From assembly GCA_964291405.2 (NCBI GenBank), contig OZ219926.1, forward strand, positions 2,080,001-2,144,000: 64,000 nt of DNA, written 5' to 3'. The notes under the pieces were generated by a model. The model had not been told where the DNA came from and made no database searches. It saw only the letters and a list, made by a program, of their open reading frames with translations. The translations under genes were made by a program, and so were the position numbers. Source of the stretch: Thermodesulfobacteriota bacterium (GTDB lineage Bacteria > Desulfobacterota > Binatia > Bin18). This document shows positions 37,803 through 46,646 of this stretch, piece by piece (the first letter of the stretch is position 1; each line of letters begins with the position of its first letter).

Positions 37803-38372
37803 ATGTCTATAGATTCGCGGATGATTCATTTATACAGCTATTACCGTGACGCCGAACTACGGGGTGCAACGCTACTCTTAAAACTGACCATGCGCGTCGA
37901 AAACATTGAGGCTCAAGTCAAATTATCTCGGCATCTGGCTGACGAAACTCGCCACGCCTGGTTGTGGACGAAACGTATTACCGACCTGGGGTATGAACCG
38001 GTCCACGTTGATGATGGCTACCAAACCCGCATTGGTAGAGCGGTTGGCATTCCTCGCTCGTTGATTGACCTCTTCGCGCTCACGGTCGTGGTCGAAGAGC
38101 GCGCTCAGCGCCGGTATCTTGAACATGCCAAACGGACAGATGTCGATCCCGAGACGCTCGCCATCCTGCACGAAGTCACCAAAGACGAGAAATGGCATAT
38201 CGGCTGGATCAAAAACGAGCTGAAAGAGATGGCGAGAGCAAACGGTGGGGAAGGAAAGATGCGGGAAACCCTGCAACGCTACCGGGATATTGATCGACAG
38301 GTCGTTGCCGACTTGGTGGCAAAGGAACGGGAAGTGTTTGGCTTTTCGTTTTCTGATGCCCCAGCAGCGTAG
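37803..38372 (+). CDS. ferritin-like domain protein
   Basis: Diiron pattern DAE...DETRH...EE...DEKWH. Confidence 0.8.
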   Translation: MSIDSRMIHLYSYYRDAELRGATLLLKLTMRVENIEAQVKLSRHLADETRHAWLWTKRITDLGYEPVHVDDGYQTRIGRAVGIPRSLIDLFALTVVVEERAQRRYLEHAKRTDVDPETLAILHEVTKDEKWHIGWIKNELKEMARANGGEGKMRETLQRYRDIDRQVVADLVAKEREVFGFSFSDAPAA

Positions 38373-38398
38373 TCATCAGTCCAGTCTCTCTCGGAGTC

Positions 38399-39424
38399 AT
38401 GCCAGAAGGGATCAGAGGCGCGGTCCACGATAGCGCTGAGCCTGCCCCCGCTGTTCCGCAACAGGACCGGCCCCGTCGCAAAAAACGTATCCGGCCGGCG
38501 CGTGAAAAAAAGCATCTGCTTGCTCGGATCGAGTATGTCTTGTTCCTGTCCCTCTTCGCCTTCTTTCGAGCCTTGCCCTTTCGCCTCGCGTTTCGGATGG
38601 GGGAAGGGATTGGCACCCTTCTCTATTGGATAGATCGGCCGCATCGTCGGGTGGGGTTAACGAATCTGGCCCTGGCCTTTCCGACCAAGGCCAAAGCGGA
38701 ACGACACCGTATCCTGCGGGAAAGTTTCCGCAATCTTGGCCGCTTGCTGGCTGAATTCTGCCATCTGCGTTCTCTCACACCAGAGAATATCCACAAGCGG
38801 GTGCAGTTTGAGAACGAAGTCGAATGGCGTCAGCTTGTTGACAACCTACGCGCTACTGGTGCCCTGATTCTCACCGGACATTTTGGTAACTGGGAACTCT
38901 TCGCCCATGCGGCTGCGTGTTACGGACTCCCCATACACATCATCCATCGCCGTTTGCGCAACGTCTTTATTGAAAAAGTGTTGACCACCGAGCGCGAACG
39001 GTGCGGGACTAAAGTGATTAAGAAAACGACTGCCGGGATTGAGGTCTTCCGGGCGATTAAGAAAAAGAGTGCGGTTGTTGCTGCAGTTGATCAAAACGCC
39101 TCTGGGCGGATGGGTGTGTTTGTGCCGTTTTTTTCACGCCTGGCCTCAACCTCAGCCGGCCTTGCCGGCTTGGCTCTGACAACAGGTGTCCCGGTTGTTC
39201 CGGCTTTTCTGGTTCGGGAAAACGGCTCGTGCCAGCATAAGATCGTGATCTTACCGTTGATCGAGCCAATCCGGACTGGTAACCAGGAAGAAGATATTCG
39301 CGCCACGACCGCAAAATTCACCGCCATATTTCAGGATATGGTCGAGCGCTACCCAGACCACTGGCTGTGGATACACAAGCGCTGGAAGCGTCGTCCTGAT
39401 GGTGACGCCCCCGTTTATCGCTAG
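38399..39424 (+). CDS. lipid A late acyltransferase (LpxL/HtrB family)
   Basis: GHFGNWE, DQN, VPFF and YPDHWLWIHKRWK motifs. Confidence 0.9.
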   Translation: MPEGIRGAVHDSAEPAPAVPQQDRPRRKKRIRPAREKKHLLARIEYVLFLSLFAFFRALPFRLAFRMGEGIGTLLYWIDRPHRRVGLTNLALAFPTKAKAERHRILRESFRNLGRLLAEFCHLRSLTPENIHKRVQFENEVEWRQLVDNLRATGALILTGHFGNWELFAHAAACYGLPIHIIHRRLRNVFIEKVLTTERERCGTKVIKKTTAGIEVFRAIKKKSAVVAAVDQNASGRMGVFVPFFSRLASTSAGLAGLALTTGVPVVPAFLVRENGSCQHKIVILPLIEPIRTGNQEEDIRATTAKFTAIFQDMVERYPDHWLWIHKRWKRRPDGDAPVYR

Positions 39425-39444
39425 ACGCGCGCATGGAGGAAAAA

Positions 39445-39597
39445 ATGAAGAGGAGCCACGCCGGGCTCAGCGCCCTTGATATTTTGATTACGGTGCTTGT
39501 TCTGTCTGTCCTCTTGTTAGCGGCCGCCTATCAATTTGGCGCTTATGACGGATTATCCGCTCAACCCACAGCCCAATCGGACGAAACGCAAGAATAG
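39445..39597 (+). CDS. 50-aa small protein with a prepilin-like N-terminus (not in the ORF track)
   Basis: GGAGG RBS at 39435; translates MKRSHAG|LSALDILITVLVLSVLLLAAAYQFGAYDGLSAQPTAQSDETQE*. Confidence 0.6.
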   Translation: MKRSHAGLSALDILITVLVLSVLLLAAAYQFGAYDGLSAQPTAQSDETQE

Positions 39598-39652
39598 AGA
39601 CGCTGGCCCGGCGTCCCTGCCGGAGCCGGGCGTACACGTCCGTCTCGCTGGT

Positions 39653-40105
39653 CTACGGTTCAACCTGCTGCAATTCGACCTGAGAGGAAGCCAGCAACTC
39701 CTGTACGGTGTGGAGCTTATACGCCCTCTCGTAGAAGATGCGTCGGATACCGGTATTCACCAGCACCTTGAGACAATGGATACACGGGGTGTGGGTGACA
39801 TAGATATCTGCCCCACTGATATTGGTGCCGTTCTTTGCGGCTTGGGCAATGGCATTGATCTCCGCATGGATGGTCCGGTAGCAGTTCTGCTCGATCTCTC
39901 CGGTCGGCGTTTTTGATTCGTAAATCAGGCAGCCAACCTCGGTGCAGTGAGGCTGTCCGGCTGGTGCACCGTTATAGCCCGTAGTCAGAATATTCCGCTC
40001 GCGGACAATAACCGCGCCAACTTTGGCGCGTTCACAGGTCGAACGCTCGGCCACTTGGCGCGTGATGGTCATGAAATATTGATCCCAGGAAAGGCGCTCG
40101 GTCAT
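39653..40105 (-). CDS. dCMP deaminase (ComEB-like)
   Basis: RLSWDQYFM, RSTC, TGYNG, HAEINA and PCIHC motifs. Confidence 0.93.
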   Translation of the reverse strand: MTERLSWDQYFMTITRQVAERSTCERAKVGAVIVRERNILTTGYNGAPAGQPHCTEVGCLIYESKTPTGEIEQNCYRTIHAEINAIAQAAKNGTNISGADIYVTHTPCIHCLKVLVNTGIRRIFYERAYKLHTVQELLASSQVELQQVEP

Positions 40106-41115
40106 GGCTGGTACACCAACGTCCAAGGGGGGAAAGCTGACGACGGGGGCCGGTGTTCGAGATGGTAGGCCACTGGGGTCACATCCTCTCGGAGTGGGAA
40201 ATTCGCCGATATGGTGATGGGGACCGGCGTGAAAGTCAAGACAAAAAGCCCGACGGTACACCAGCCGTAGATGGTCCGCTTACGATCAAGGGGCAACACT
40301 GGATCGGCTGTCGGCGGGTGGTCAATGCCCAAGACGGCTAACAGGACGACCCACACAAACCAGCCTTGCCAGCCCTGAAAGCCCAGCACCAGAATAACCA
40401 GCAGAAAGGCGCGCGCTATCCAGCGGTGAACCGGCCCAAAGAGCGAGTACACCACATGGCCGCCATCGAGCTGGCCAACCGGCAGTAGATTGAGAAAGGT
40501 GACAAACAGGCCGAACCAGCCGGCAAGCGCAATGGGATGGAGGATGACTCCGACCTCATCAGGGGTCACGTCAAGAACGAGCGTGATTAAGGCAGAGAAC
40601 AGGACGGAGTCGCCCAGAATGATGCCACCCGAAAGTGGGTCGAGCGGCTGCACCTCGGAGAGTGTCAGGCCAACGATCACCGCGGGAATGGCGAAGCAGA
40701 CTCCGGCCCAGGGTCCGGCCGCGCCGATATCAAACAGTGCAGATCGATTAGCCGGCGCCGATTTCATCCGAATGAACGCGCCAAAAGTCCCGACAAAGAA
40801 TGGCGGGCCGGGAATGAAATACGGCAGGCTGGCCCAGACCCCGTGGATGCGGGCCAGGATGTAATGCCCCATCTCATGGCTAAGGAGGATGAGCAGTAAG
40901 GTGAGGGCAAACGGCAACCCCAACACCAGCGTAGACGGATCACTGAGGGGGTCCCCACCCGCCTGAAAGGTTCCGGCGAGCGTTGTGGTCAAGAGGGTTG
41001 CCCCAAACAGGACGATATGGATGGGCGGAATTGTTCTGGGTGGAACGGTCTGGGGAGACACAACCGATGACGGCAAATTCGGCGGGATGGAGTGATCGAA
41101 CGATGGTTGCGTCAT
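40102..41115 (-). CDS. site-2 protease (peptidase M50)
   Basis: HEMGH, GTFGAFI, AGP and NLLPVGQLDGGH motifs. Confidence 0.93.
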   Translation of the reverse strand: MTQPSFDHSIPPNLPSSVVSPQTVPPRTIPPIHIVLFGATLLTTTLAGTFQAGGDPLSDPSTLVLGLPFALTLLLILLSHEMGHYILARIHGVWASLPYFIPGPPFFVGTFGAFIRMKSAPANRSALFDIGAAGPWAGVCFAIPAVIVGLTLSEVQPLDPLSGGIILGDSVLFSALITLVLDVTPDEVGVILHPIALAGWFGLFVTFLNLLPVGQLDGGHVVYSLFGPVHRWIARAFLLVILVLGFQGWQGWFVWVVLLAVLGIDHPPTADPVLPLDRKRTIYGWCTVGLFVLTFTPVPITISANFPLREDVTPVAYHLEHRPPSSAFPPWTLVYQP

Positions 41116-41507
41116 GCACTATATCCCAATTTATACGTGACCAGCCCCTTGGCAATCCGCTCGCCAGTCGAGGCCGTGACATCGACCTCAATAAAGACGA
41201 GACTCCGGCCACGCCGCAGGACGCGGGCTTCAGCAATGAGATCAACAGCGTGTGCCGCGGATAAATAGCTGACCGAGAGATCGGCCGTTGCACCACGGGT
41301 GGCACTCGGGTCGGCCTGCGACCAGGCGGCGATAACCCCGGCGCTGTCAATCAGGGTCGCAATGACCCCACCATGCACAACATCGCCGGCGGTCCGCAGT
41401 TCGGACCTGAAGGGCAGGCTGATACGGCAGAATTCCGGCGCCACCCTGTCGAGGCGAAAACCTAAGAGCATCTGAAATGGATCGAGCTGAGGCTGGAAAT
41501 CAGTCAC
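41112..41507 (-). CDS. PaaI family thioesterase
   Basis: VHGGVIATLID hot-dog fold motif. Confidence 0.9.
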   Translation of the reverse strand: MTDFQPQLDPFQMLLGFRLDRVAPEFCRISLPFRSELRTAGDVVHGGVIATLIDSAGVIAAWSQADPSATRGATADLSVSYLSAAHAVDLIAEARVLRRGRSLVFIEVDVTASTGERIAKGLVTYKLGYSA

Positions 41508-41977
41508 AACTGTGTCCTGGTCGGGCCATTGACAACCGGCACCGTCGGTCTCTGCTCCACGCTTCTCTCCTGGAGCGGGTCAACGGCAAGGGGCAGACGG
41601 ACCGGCTGATTGAGGGGGGACTCGGTCTCCTCCTGGCGTGAGGGATCAGGCAAGAGGTCCGGCTCTTCAGGACCGTCATAGGGGAAGAAGGTGACGGCAA
41701 TCACAATATACAAAATGCACCATAAAGCCATAAACGGAGTGCGCTCGGTGAATTTCAGCGGACCGATTTCAATCTCTTTTGTTCCTTGGACCGCACGCAG
41801 CAAGAAGATAAGGGGGACGGCAACCAGCGCAGCCGCCAAGGCCGGATACAGCATAAACGAGGCGGGAGTATACGTTTCGCCGGCGTCAATATATGGCTTG
41901 AGCCGCAGACCGGACACTATGGCTGCGGATAATATGGCCAAGGCGGTCACCAGCATTCCCAAGAGTTCTTTTTTCAT
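41504..41977 (-). CDS. hypothetical membrane protein (3 TM)
   Basis: GGAGG RBS before MKKELLG; three hydrophobic segments; stop overlaps the PaaI start. Confidence 0.65.
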   Translation of the reverse strand: MKKELLGMLVTALAILSAAIVSGLRLKPYIDAGETYTPASFMLYPALAAALVAVPLIFLLRAVQGTKEIEIGPLKFTERTPFMALWCILYIVIAVTFFPYDGPEEPDLLPDPSRQEETESPLNQPVRLPLAVDPLQERSVEQRPTVPVVNGPTRTQL

Positions 41978-42104
41978 ACCTCCCCAAACAAACAATCCAA
42001 GCGAGCGTAAGTCAAGGTGGCGCAAATCGGCTCTGTCGGCTACGCTCCTTTCACATCCTGCGGAGCGCCCCTGTTCGGTCCACGGATGAGCGCGAGTCAA
42101 GACA

Positions 42105-42719
42105 GTGAAAATTTCAAGCGTTGAGTTTGCTGGCGCCGCGATGCAGCCGGGACGATATCCAAGACTCTCTCAGCCGGAGATCGCCTTTGCCGGACGTTCG
42201 AATGTCGGCAAGTCTTCGTTAATCAACCGACTCCTAAACCAGAAAATTGCCCGGACGAGTCAGACTCCAGGCCGTACGCGACAGCTCAATTTTTTTACCA
42301 TCAACCAGGTCCTGACCTTTGTAGATCTGCCCGGCTACGGCTATGCCAAAGTTGCCAAGTCTGAGCGGACGGCCTGGCAGCGACTGATTGAAGACTATCT
42401 GATACATGCGCCGAACCTGTGTGGGGTAGTCGTCATTCTCGATATCCGACGTGGTCCAGAAGCAGAGGAGGCAGCCCTGGCTGACTTTCTCGCCTATCAT
42501 AACCGCCCCTTTCTCTTTGTGGCGACCAAATGTGACAAGCTCAAGCGCAACCAGCGGGAAAAGCAACGCCAGATCCTGATGCGGCAAATCGGTGGTGAAC
42601 CCCTGCTTCTTTTTTCCGCTCGGGATGGTCAGGGCACGGACACTCTGTGGCAGGCGATACTCGCGCTGACCGCCTCCCATCCCGCTGCACTCGAGACGAA
42701 GAGAATCTCAGATGCCTAG
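42105..42719 (+). CDS. engB: ribosome biogenesis GTPase YihA/EngB
   Basis: GRSNVGKSS, TPGRT, DLPGYGYA and TKCDK motifs. Confidence 0.96.
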   Translation: MKISSVEFAGAAMQPGRYPRLSQPEIAFAGRSNVGKSSLINRLLNQKIARTSQTPGRTRQLNFFTINQVLTFVDLPGYGYAKVAKSERTAWQRLIEDYLIHAPNLCGVVVILDIRRGPEAEEAALADFLAYHNRPFLFVATKCDKLKRNQREKQRQILMRQIGGEPLLLFSARDGQGTDTLWQAILALTASHPAALETKRISDA

Positions 42720-43584
42720 CGTTTCGACTATCATACCGACTTATAATCGCCCCGCCTTTCTGCGTGAGGCGTTGGCCTCCGTGCTGGCTCAGACGTATCA
42801 GGACAGTGAAACGATTGTCGTGGACGACGGCTCGACGAACGCGGCCCGGGATGCAACCCAGCGGACCGTCGAAGAATATGCCCGCGCACGATCCCGTCCC
42901 ATACGCTACCTCTTTCAGCCCCATCGGGGCGTCTCCGCCGCACGCAATCGTGGGGTAGCCGCCAGTCAGGGCGAACTCCTCGCCTTTCTCGATTCCGACG
43001 ACGTCTGGCAGCCCGAAAAATTATCTCATCAGGTCGCTTTCTTTGAAACGCAGCCGACCGCACAGATTTGCCAGACACAGGAAACCTGGATTCGTCATGG
43101 AGTTCGGGTCAACCCACGCAAGAAACATCGAAAACCTCACGGGGATATTTTTGTTCAGAGCCTCGCCTGCTGTCTGGTCAGTCCTTCGGCCGTTATGCTG
43201 CGTAGGGCATTGTTTGAGCGGATGGGTGGTTTTGATGAGCAACTCCCGGCCTGTGAAGATTATGACCTGTGGCTGCGTATCAGCGTGCGGGAGCCAGTCC
43301 ACCTGATTGATACACCTCTGGTCCTGAAACGCGGCGGTCACGCCGACCAATTATCCCGCCAGTTTTGGGGAATGGACCGGTTCCGGCTTATCGCGCTCCG
43401 CAAGCTGCTCGATTCGGGGCGACTCTCTCTCCAGCAACGAAACGCCACACTCTCTATGTTCCACAAGAAGTGTCGGGTCTTGGCCAATGGAGCACGCAAA
43501 CGTGGCAAGTCGGCGGAACCCTACCTAGCCCTGATGGCACGCTATCCTTGCGCGCAAAAGGAGTCGTATGGCCAAACAGGATGA
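42712..43584 (+). CDS. glycosyltransferase family 2
   Basis: IIPTYNR, VDDGS, FLDSDD and CEDYDLWLR motifs. Confidence 0.92.
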   Translation: MPSVSTIIPTYNRPAFLREALASVLAQTYQDSETIVVDDGSTNAARDATQRTVEEYARARSRPIRYLFQPHRGVSAARNRGVAASQGELLAFLDSDDVWQPEKLSHQVAFFETQPTAQICQTQETWIRHGVRVNPRKKHRKPHGDIFVQSLACCLVSPSAVMLRRALFERMGGFDEQLPACEDYDLWLRISVREPVHLIDTPLVLKRGGHADQLSRQFWGMDRFRLIALRKLLDSGRLSLQQRNATLSMFHKKCRVLANGARKRGKSAEPYLALMARYPCAQKESYGQTG

Positions 43585-44116
43585 GCAGGAGCACGCGCGG
43601 CGGATAGCGACCTATGCCCAGCGCAAACGCTTGAGCGGCACAACGCTGGCCCGCTGGCAGGCGTGGCCAGCAACAGACCAAGCTGCGCTATTCTCCCTGC
43701 TGCAAGACCTCCAATGCGGTGAGAATCATCTTAAAGACTTGCTCGATTGGTTAGAAGAAATTGCTGCGCGGGATGAGCAGAGCGTTACTGACATTCTCGA
43801 ACGGCGAGGACTTCGGAACGCACGGACAACACCGGGCTCACGCCACGACAAACTCAAAGCGGTCAAAACGATGTTACGCAAGATACGCTACCCGCGCCTG
43901 ACCCGCTTGGAGGAAAATGTCCGCCAGGCGGTAAAAGCCCTCGACTTGGGCAGGGTAGGACAGGTCTCTTTCCCGCCAGACTTTGAAGGCGACGAGGTCA
44001 CGCTCACCCTCACGGTCCGCAATGTTCACGAGCTCCGAGACGTTCTCTCTCAGCTTCAGCAACGGCTCGAGGATAGTCGCTTTCAGCGCGTGTTTGAGGC
44101 TCTGGATGAGGTGTGA
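43568..44116 (+). CDS. hypothetical helical protein (resembles the C-terminal part of ParB-like proteins)
   Basis: Overlaps the GT2 gene; WLEEIAARD, KIRYPRL and PPDFEG motifs. Confidence 0.6.
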   Translation: MAKQDEQEHARRIATYAQRKRLSGTTLARWQAWPATDQAALFSLLQDLQCGENHLKDLLDWLEEIAARDEQSVTDILERRGLRNARTTPGSRHDKLKAVKTMLRKIRYPRLTRLEENVRQAVKALDLGRVGQVSFPPDFEGDEVTLTLTVRNVHELRDVLSQLQQRLEDSRFQRVFEALDEV

Positions 44117-44139
44117 GTCCTGCGGCATAATAGACGGCG

Positions 44140-45273
44140 ATGTACCGACCGACTGAAATCTTTATCGAACGCGGCGAGGAAGAGACTCCGGTCGTTCAAC
44201 GGGCTTTAGCCAGGCTGCCGGAGCTGCCTGTCCGCGTTGTTGAAAAAGACTGGGAGCAAAAGGAAACACATCCGGCGGTCAAAGACCCGTTCGGTGCCGG
44301 CAAGCGGCGGCTGTTCTTTACCCGCCAACGCGCCCGATTTCTCGAACATTGTCCGGCCGGAACCCCTGGGCTGGTGTGTTGCAACTATCTGGTCGTCAGC
44401 CTGATCTCCAACTGCCCAATGGATTGCAGCTATTGTTTTTTACAAGAATATCTTGCCAATAACCCCACCCTCAAAGTCTTCACCAATAGTGACGACCTGC
44501 TGGATGAAGTCGCCCAGGTTGTCGACCGTCAGCCGTGGAGACAGTTTCGGATTGGGACTGGTGAACTGTCCGACAGCCTGGCCTTGGATGCGCTGATTGG
44601 TTTCTCAGCAGACCTGGTACCTTTCTTCGCTGCTCGGAAGAACGTCCTGCTCGAACTCAAAACGAAAAGCGACTGTATTGATAATTTGCTCGGGCTCGAG
44701 TCGCACGGGCGGGTCGTGGTGTCTTGGAGCCTGACGCCACCGGCTATTGCGGACACGGAGGAGCACGGCACGGCGTCGTTTGCCGAACGCCTCCAGGCCG
44801 CCCACCGTGTCCAGCAGGCTGGCTATAAAATAGGTTTTCACTTTGATCCGCTCATCGAGTATCCCAACTGGGAGACGGATTATCGGCGAGCGCTTGAGCA
44901 GGTCTTTACGACCGTTGACCCACGGGGGGTCGCCTGGGTCAGTTTCGGCAGCCTCCGCATTACTCCATCTCTACGGAAAGTCATCCGTCAACGCTTCCCG
45001 CGGACCCGCCTCTTATCCGGTGAGCAGGTCTTGTGTGATGATGGGAAATGGCGCACCTTTCAGGCATTGCGCGTCAAAATGTACCGTAGCCTGATCACTC
45101 AGTTGAACAGCCTTGCTCCCACGGTTCCGGTGTATATGTGCATGGAAACTGCCCCGGTGTGGCAAAAGGTCTTCGGTCGCGCTCCGGGCTGTGACAAGGA
45201 TGTTGCTCGATCCCTGACTGAACCGAATCTGAGCTACGGAAGCGCACCTCAGGAGGACATGCAGAGCAATTGA
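44140..45273 (+). CDS. spore photoproduct lyase-like radical SAM protein
   Basis: NCPMDCSYCFLQ, GTGELSDSLA, ELKTKS, GFHFDP and YMCME motifs. Confidence 0.88.
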   Translation: MYRPTEIFIERGEEETPVVQRALARLPELPVRVVEKDWEQKETHPAVKDPFGAGKRRLFFTRQRARFLEHCPAGTPGLVCCNYLVVSLISNCPMDCSYCFLQEYLANNPTLKVFTNSDDLLDEVAQVVDRQPWRQFRIGTGELSDSLALDALIGFSADLVPFFAARKNVLLELKTKSDCIDNLLGLESHGRVVVSWSLTPPAIADTEEHGTASFAERLQAAHRVQQAGYKIGFHFDPLIEYPNWETDYRRALEQVFTTVDPRGVAWVSFGSLRITPSLRKVIRQRFPRTRLLSGEQVLCDDGKWRTFQALRVKMYRSLITQLNSLAPTVPVYMCMETAPVWQKVFGRAPGCDKDVARSLTEPNLSYGSAPQEDMQSN

Positions 45274-45332
45274 CAGCCTGGGAGGCGCTCTGGTAGCAGT
45301 CAGAGAACTTCTTTACCGATCGGGGAGGCAGT

Positions 45333-45812
45333 ATGGCAATTGATGGACGAGAATTACGCAACGCAATGGGGCTGTTTGCAACCGGGGTCACCATCATCAC
45401 CACGAAAGATGCCACGGGAAAGCCGTTCGGTCTGACCGCCAATGCGTTTAGCTCGCTGTCTCTGGACCCACCGATGCTTTTAATCTGTGTGGATAAGGGC
45501 GTGGACTGCTATAACTGTTTTGAGGAATCCAAGGTCTTTGCCGTCAACTTCCTGAGCGCAGCGCAAGAAGAGCTGTCCACCCGTTTTGCAACAAAAGGAA
45601 TTGAGAAGTTTGCGGGCTTATCCTACAGCCTCGGAGAACTCGGGGTTGCCCTGCTTGAGGGAGCGCTGGCGCATTTTGAATGCACCGTCGCCCACGCCTA
45701 CGAAGGGGGGGATCACACGATCTATGTTGGAGAGATTCAGCGGCTCGTGACCGTACCGGGCGACCCACTCCTCTTTTATCAGGGAAAATATCGTTCCCTG
45801 GCCCCGCAGTAG
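45333..45812 (+). CDS. flavin reductase family protein
   Basis: RNAMGLFATGVTIIT, SLSLDPP and GGDHTI motifs. Confidence 0.93.
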   Translation: MAIDGRELRNAMGLFATGVTIITTKDATGKPFGLTANAFSSLSLDPPMLLICVDKGVDCYNCFEESKVFAVNFLSAAQEELSTRFATKGIEKFAGLSYSLGELGVALLEGALAHFECTVAHAYEGGDHTIYVGEIQRLVTVPGDPLLFYQGKYRSLAPQ

Positions 45813-45873
45813 TCCCCCGTGAGGCCGTCCGTTCAACGTGCATCCCATCTGCTCGTTGGACGTCGCGTCGTCG

Positions 45874-46485
45874 TTACAGAATCTCTTTTGACTGGACGTT
45901 GCCCTCAGCGTCAATATCGTACACCACCGGGACACCTGTTCCCAACTCAAGACTGAGGACTGCCTCTCGGCTCAACTGATCGAGATGCATGATGATCGAA
46001 CGCAGGCTATTGCCATGCGCCGCAACCAATACATGCTGTCCGGCTTGGACCGTTGGGAGAATCCGGTCTTTCAAGTAGGGTAGAGTCCGTGCGGCCGTAT
46101 TTTCCAGGCTTTCCCCGCCTGGTGGAGCAATATCATAGCTCCGTCGCCAGAGTCGTACCTGCTCGTCGCCAAACTTCTTGGCAGTTTCGGCTTTATTGAG
46201 GCCCTGCAGGTCGCCGTAATGGCGTTCGTTGAGTGCTTGGTCCTGTTCGACGGGAAGATGGGGTTGGCCGAGCATCTCCAAGACCAATTCGAGCGTTCGG
46301 ATGGCACGCTGAAGCACTGAGGTGAAAGTGGTATCAAATTGCAGACCAGCGGCTTTGATCTTTTCTCCGGCTTGTCGAGCCTCTTCTTCGCCTTTTTCCG
46401 TCAGGGCAACGTCAACCCAACCAGTAAAGCGGTTTTCCAGATTCCATTGTGATTGGCCATGTCGAAGGAGTACGAGATATGCCAT
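45874..46485 (-). CDS. gpmA: 2,3-bisphosphoglycerate-dependent phosphoglycerate mutase
   Basis: LRHGQSQWN..NRFTGW, LNERHYG and AHGNSLR motifs. Confidence 0.95.
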   Translation of the reverse strand: MAYLVLLRHGQSQWNLENRFTGWVDVALTEKGEEEARQAGEKIKAAGLQFDTTFTSVLQRAIRTLELVLEMLGQPHLPVEQDQALNERHYGDLQGLNKAETAKKFGDEQVRLWRRSYDIAPPGGESLENTAARTLPYLKDRILPTVQAGQHVLVAAHGNSLRSIIMHLDQLSREAVLSLELGTGVPVVYDIDAEGNVQSKEIL

Positions 46486-46646
46486 CTATTCTCCGAGTTT
46501 CCCAGCGTCCTCAGACCAAGGGCGCGGCTTCAGTCTTCCCGCTCGCCATACCAGGCCGGCCATCTCTGGGCAAGCGGGGCGGGGCGCCGAATATGAGCCG
46601 GGGTAATCCAGAGCTTGACGGCAGCCCTGGACGGGCAGAGTGCAGC

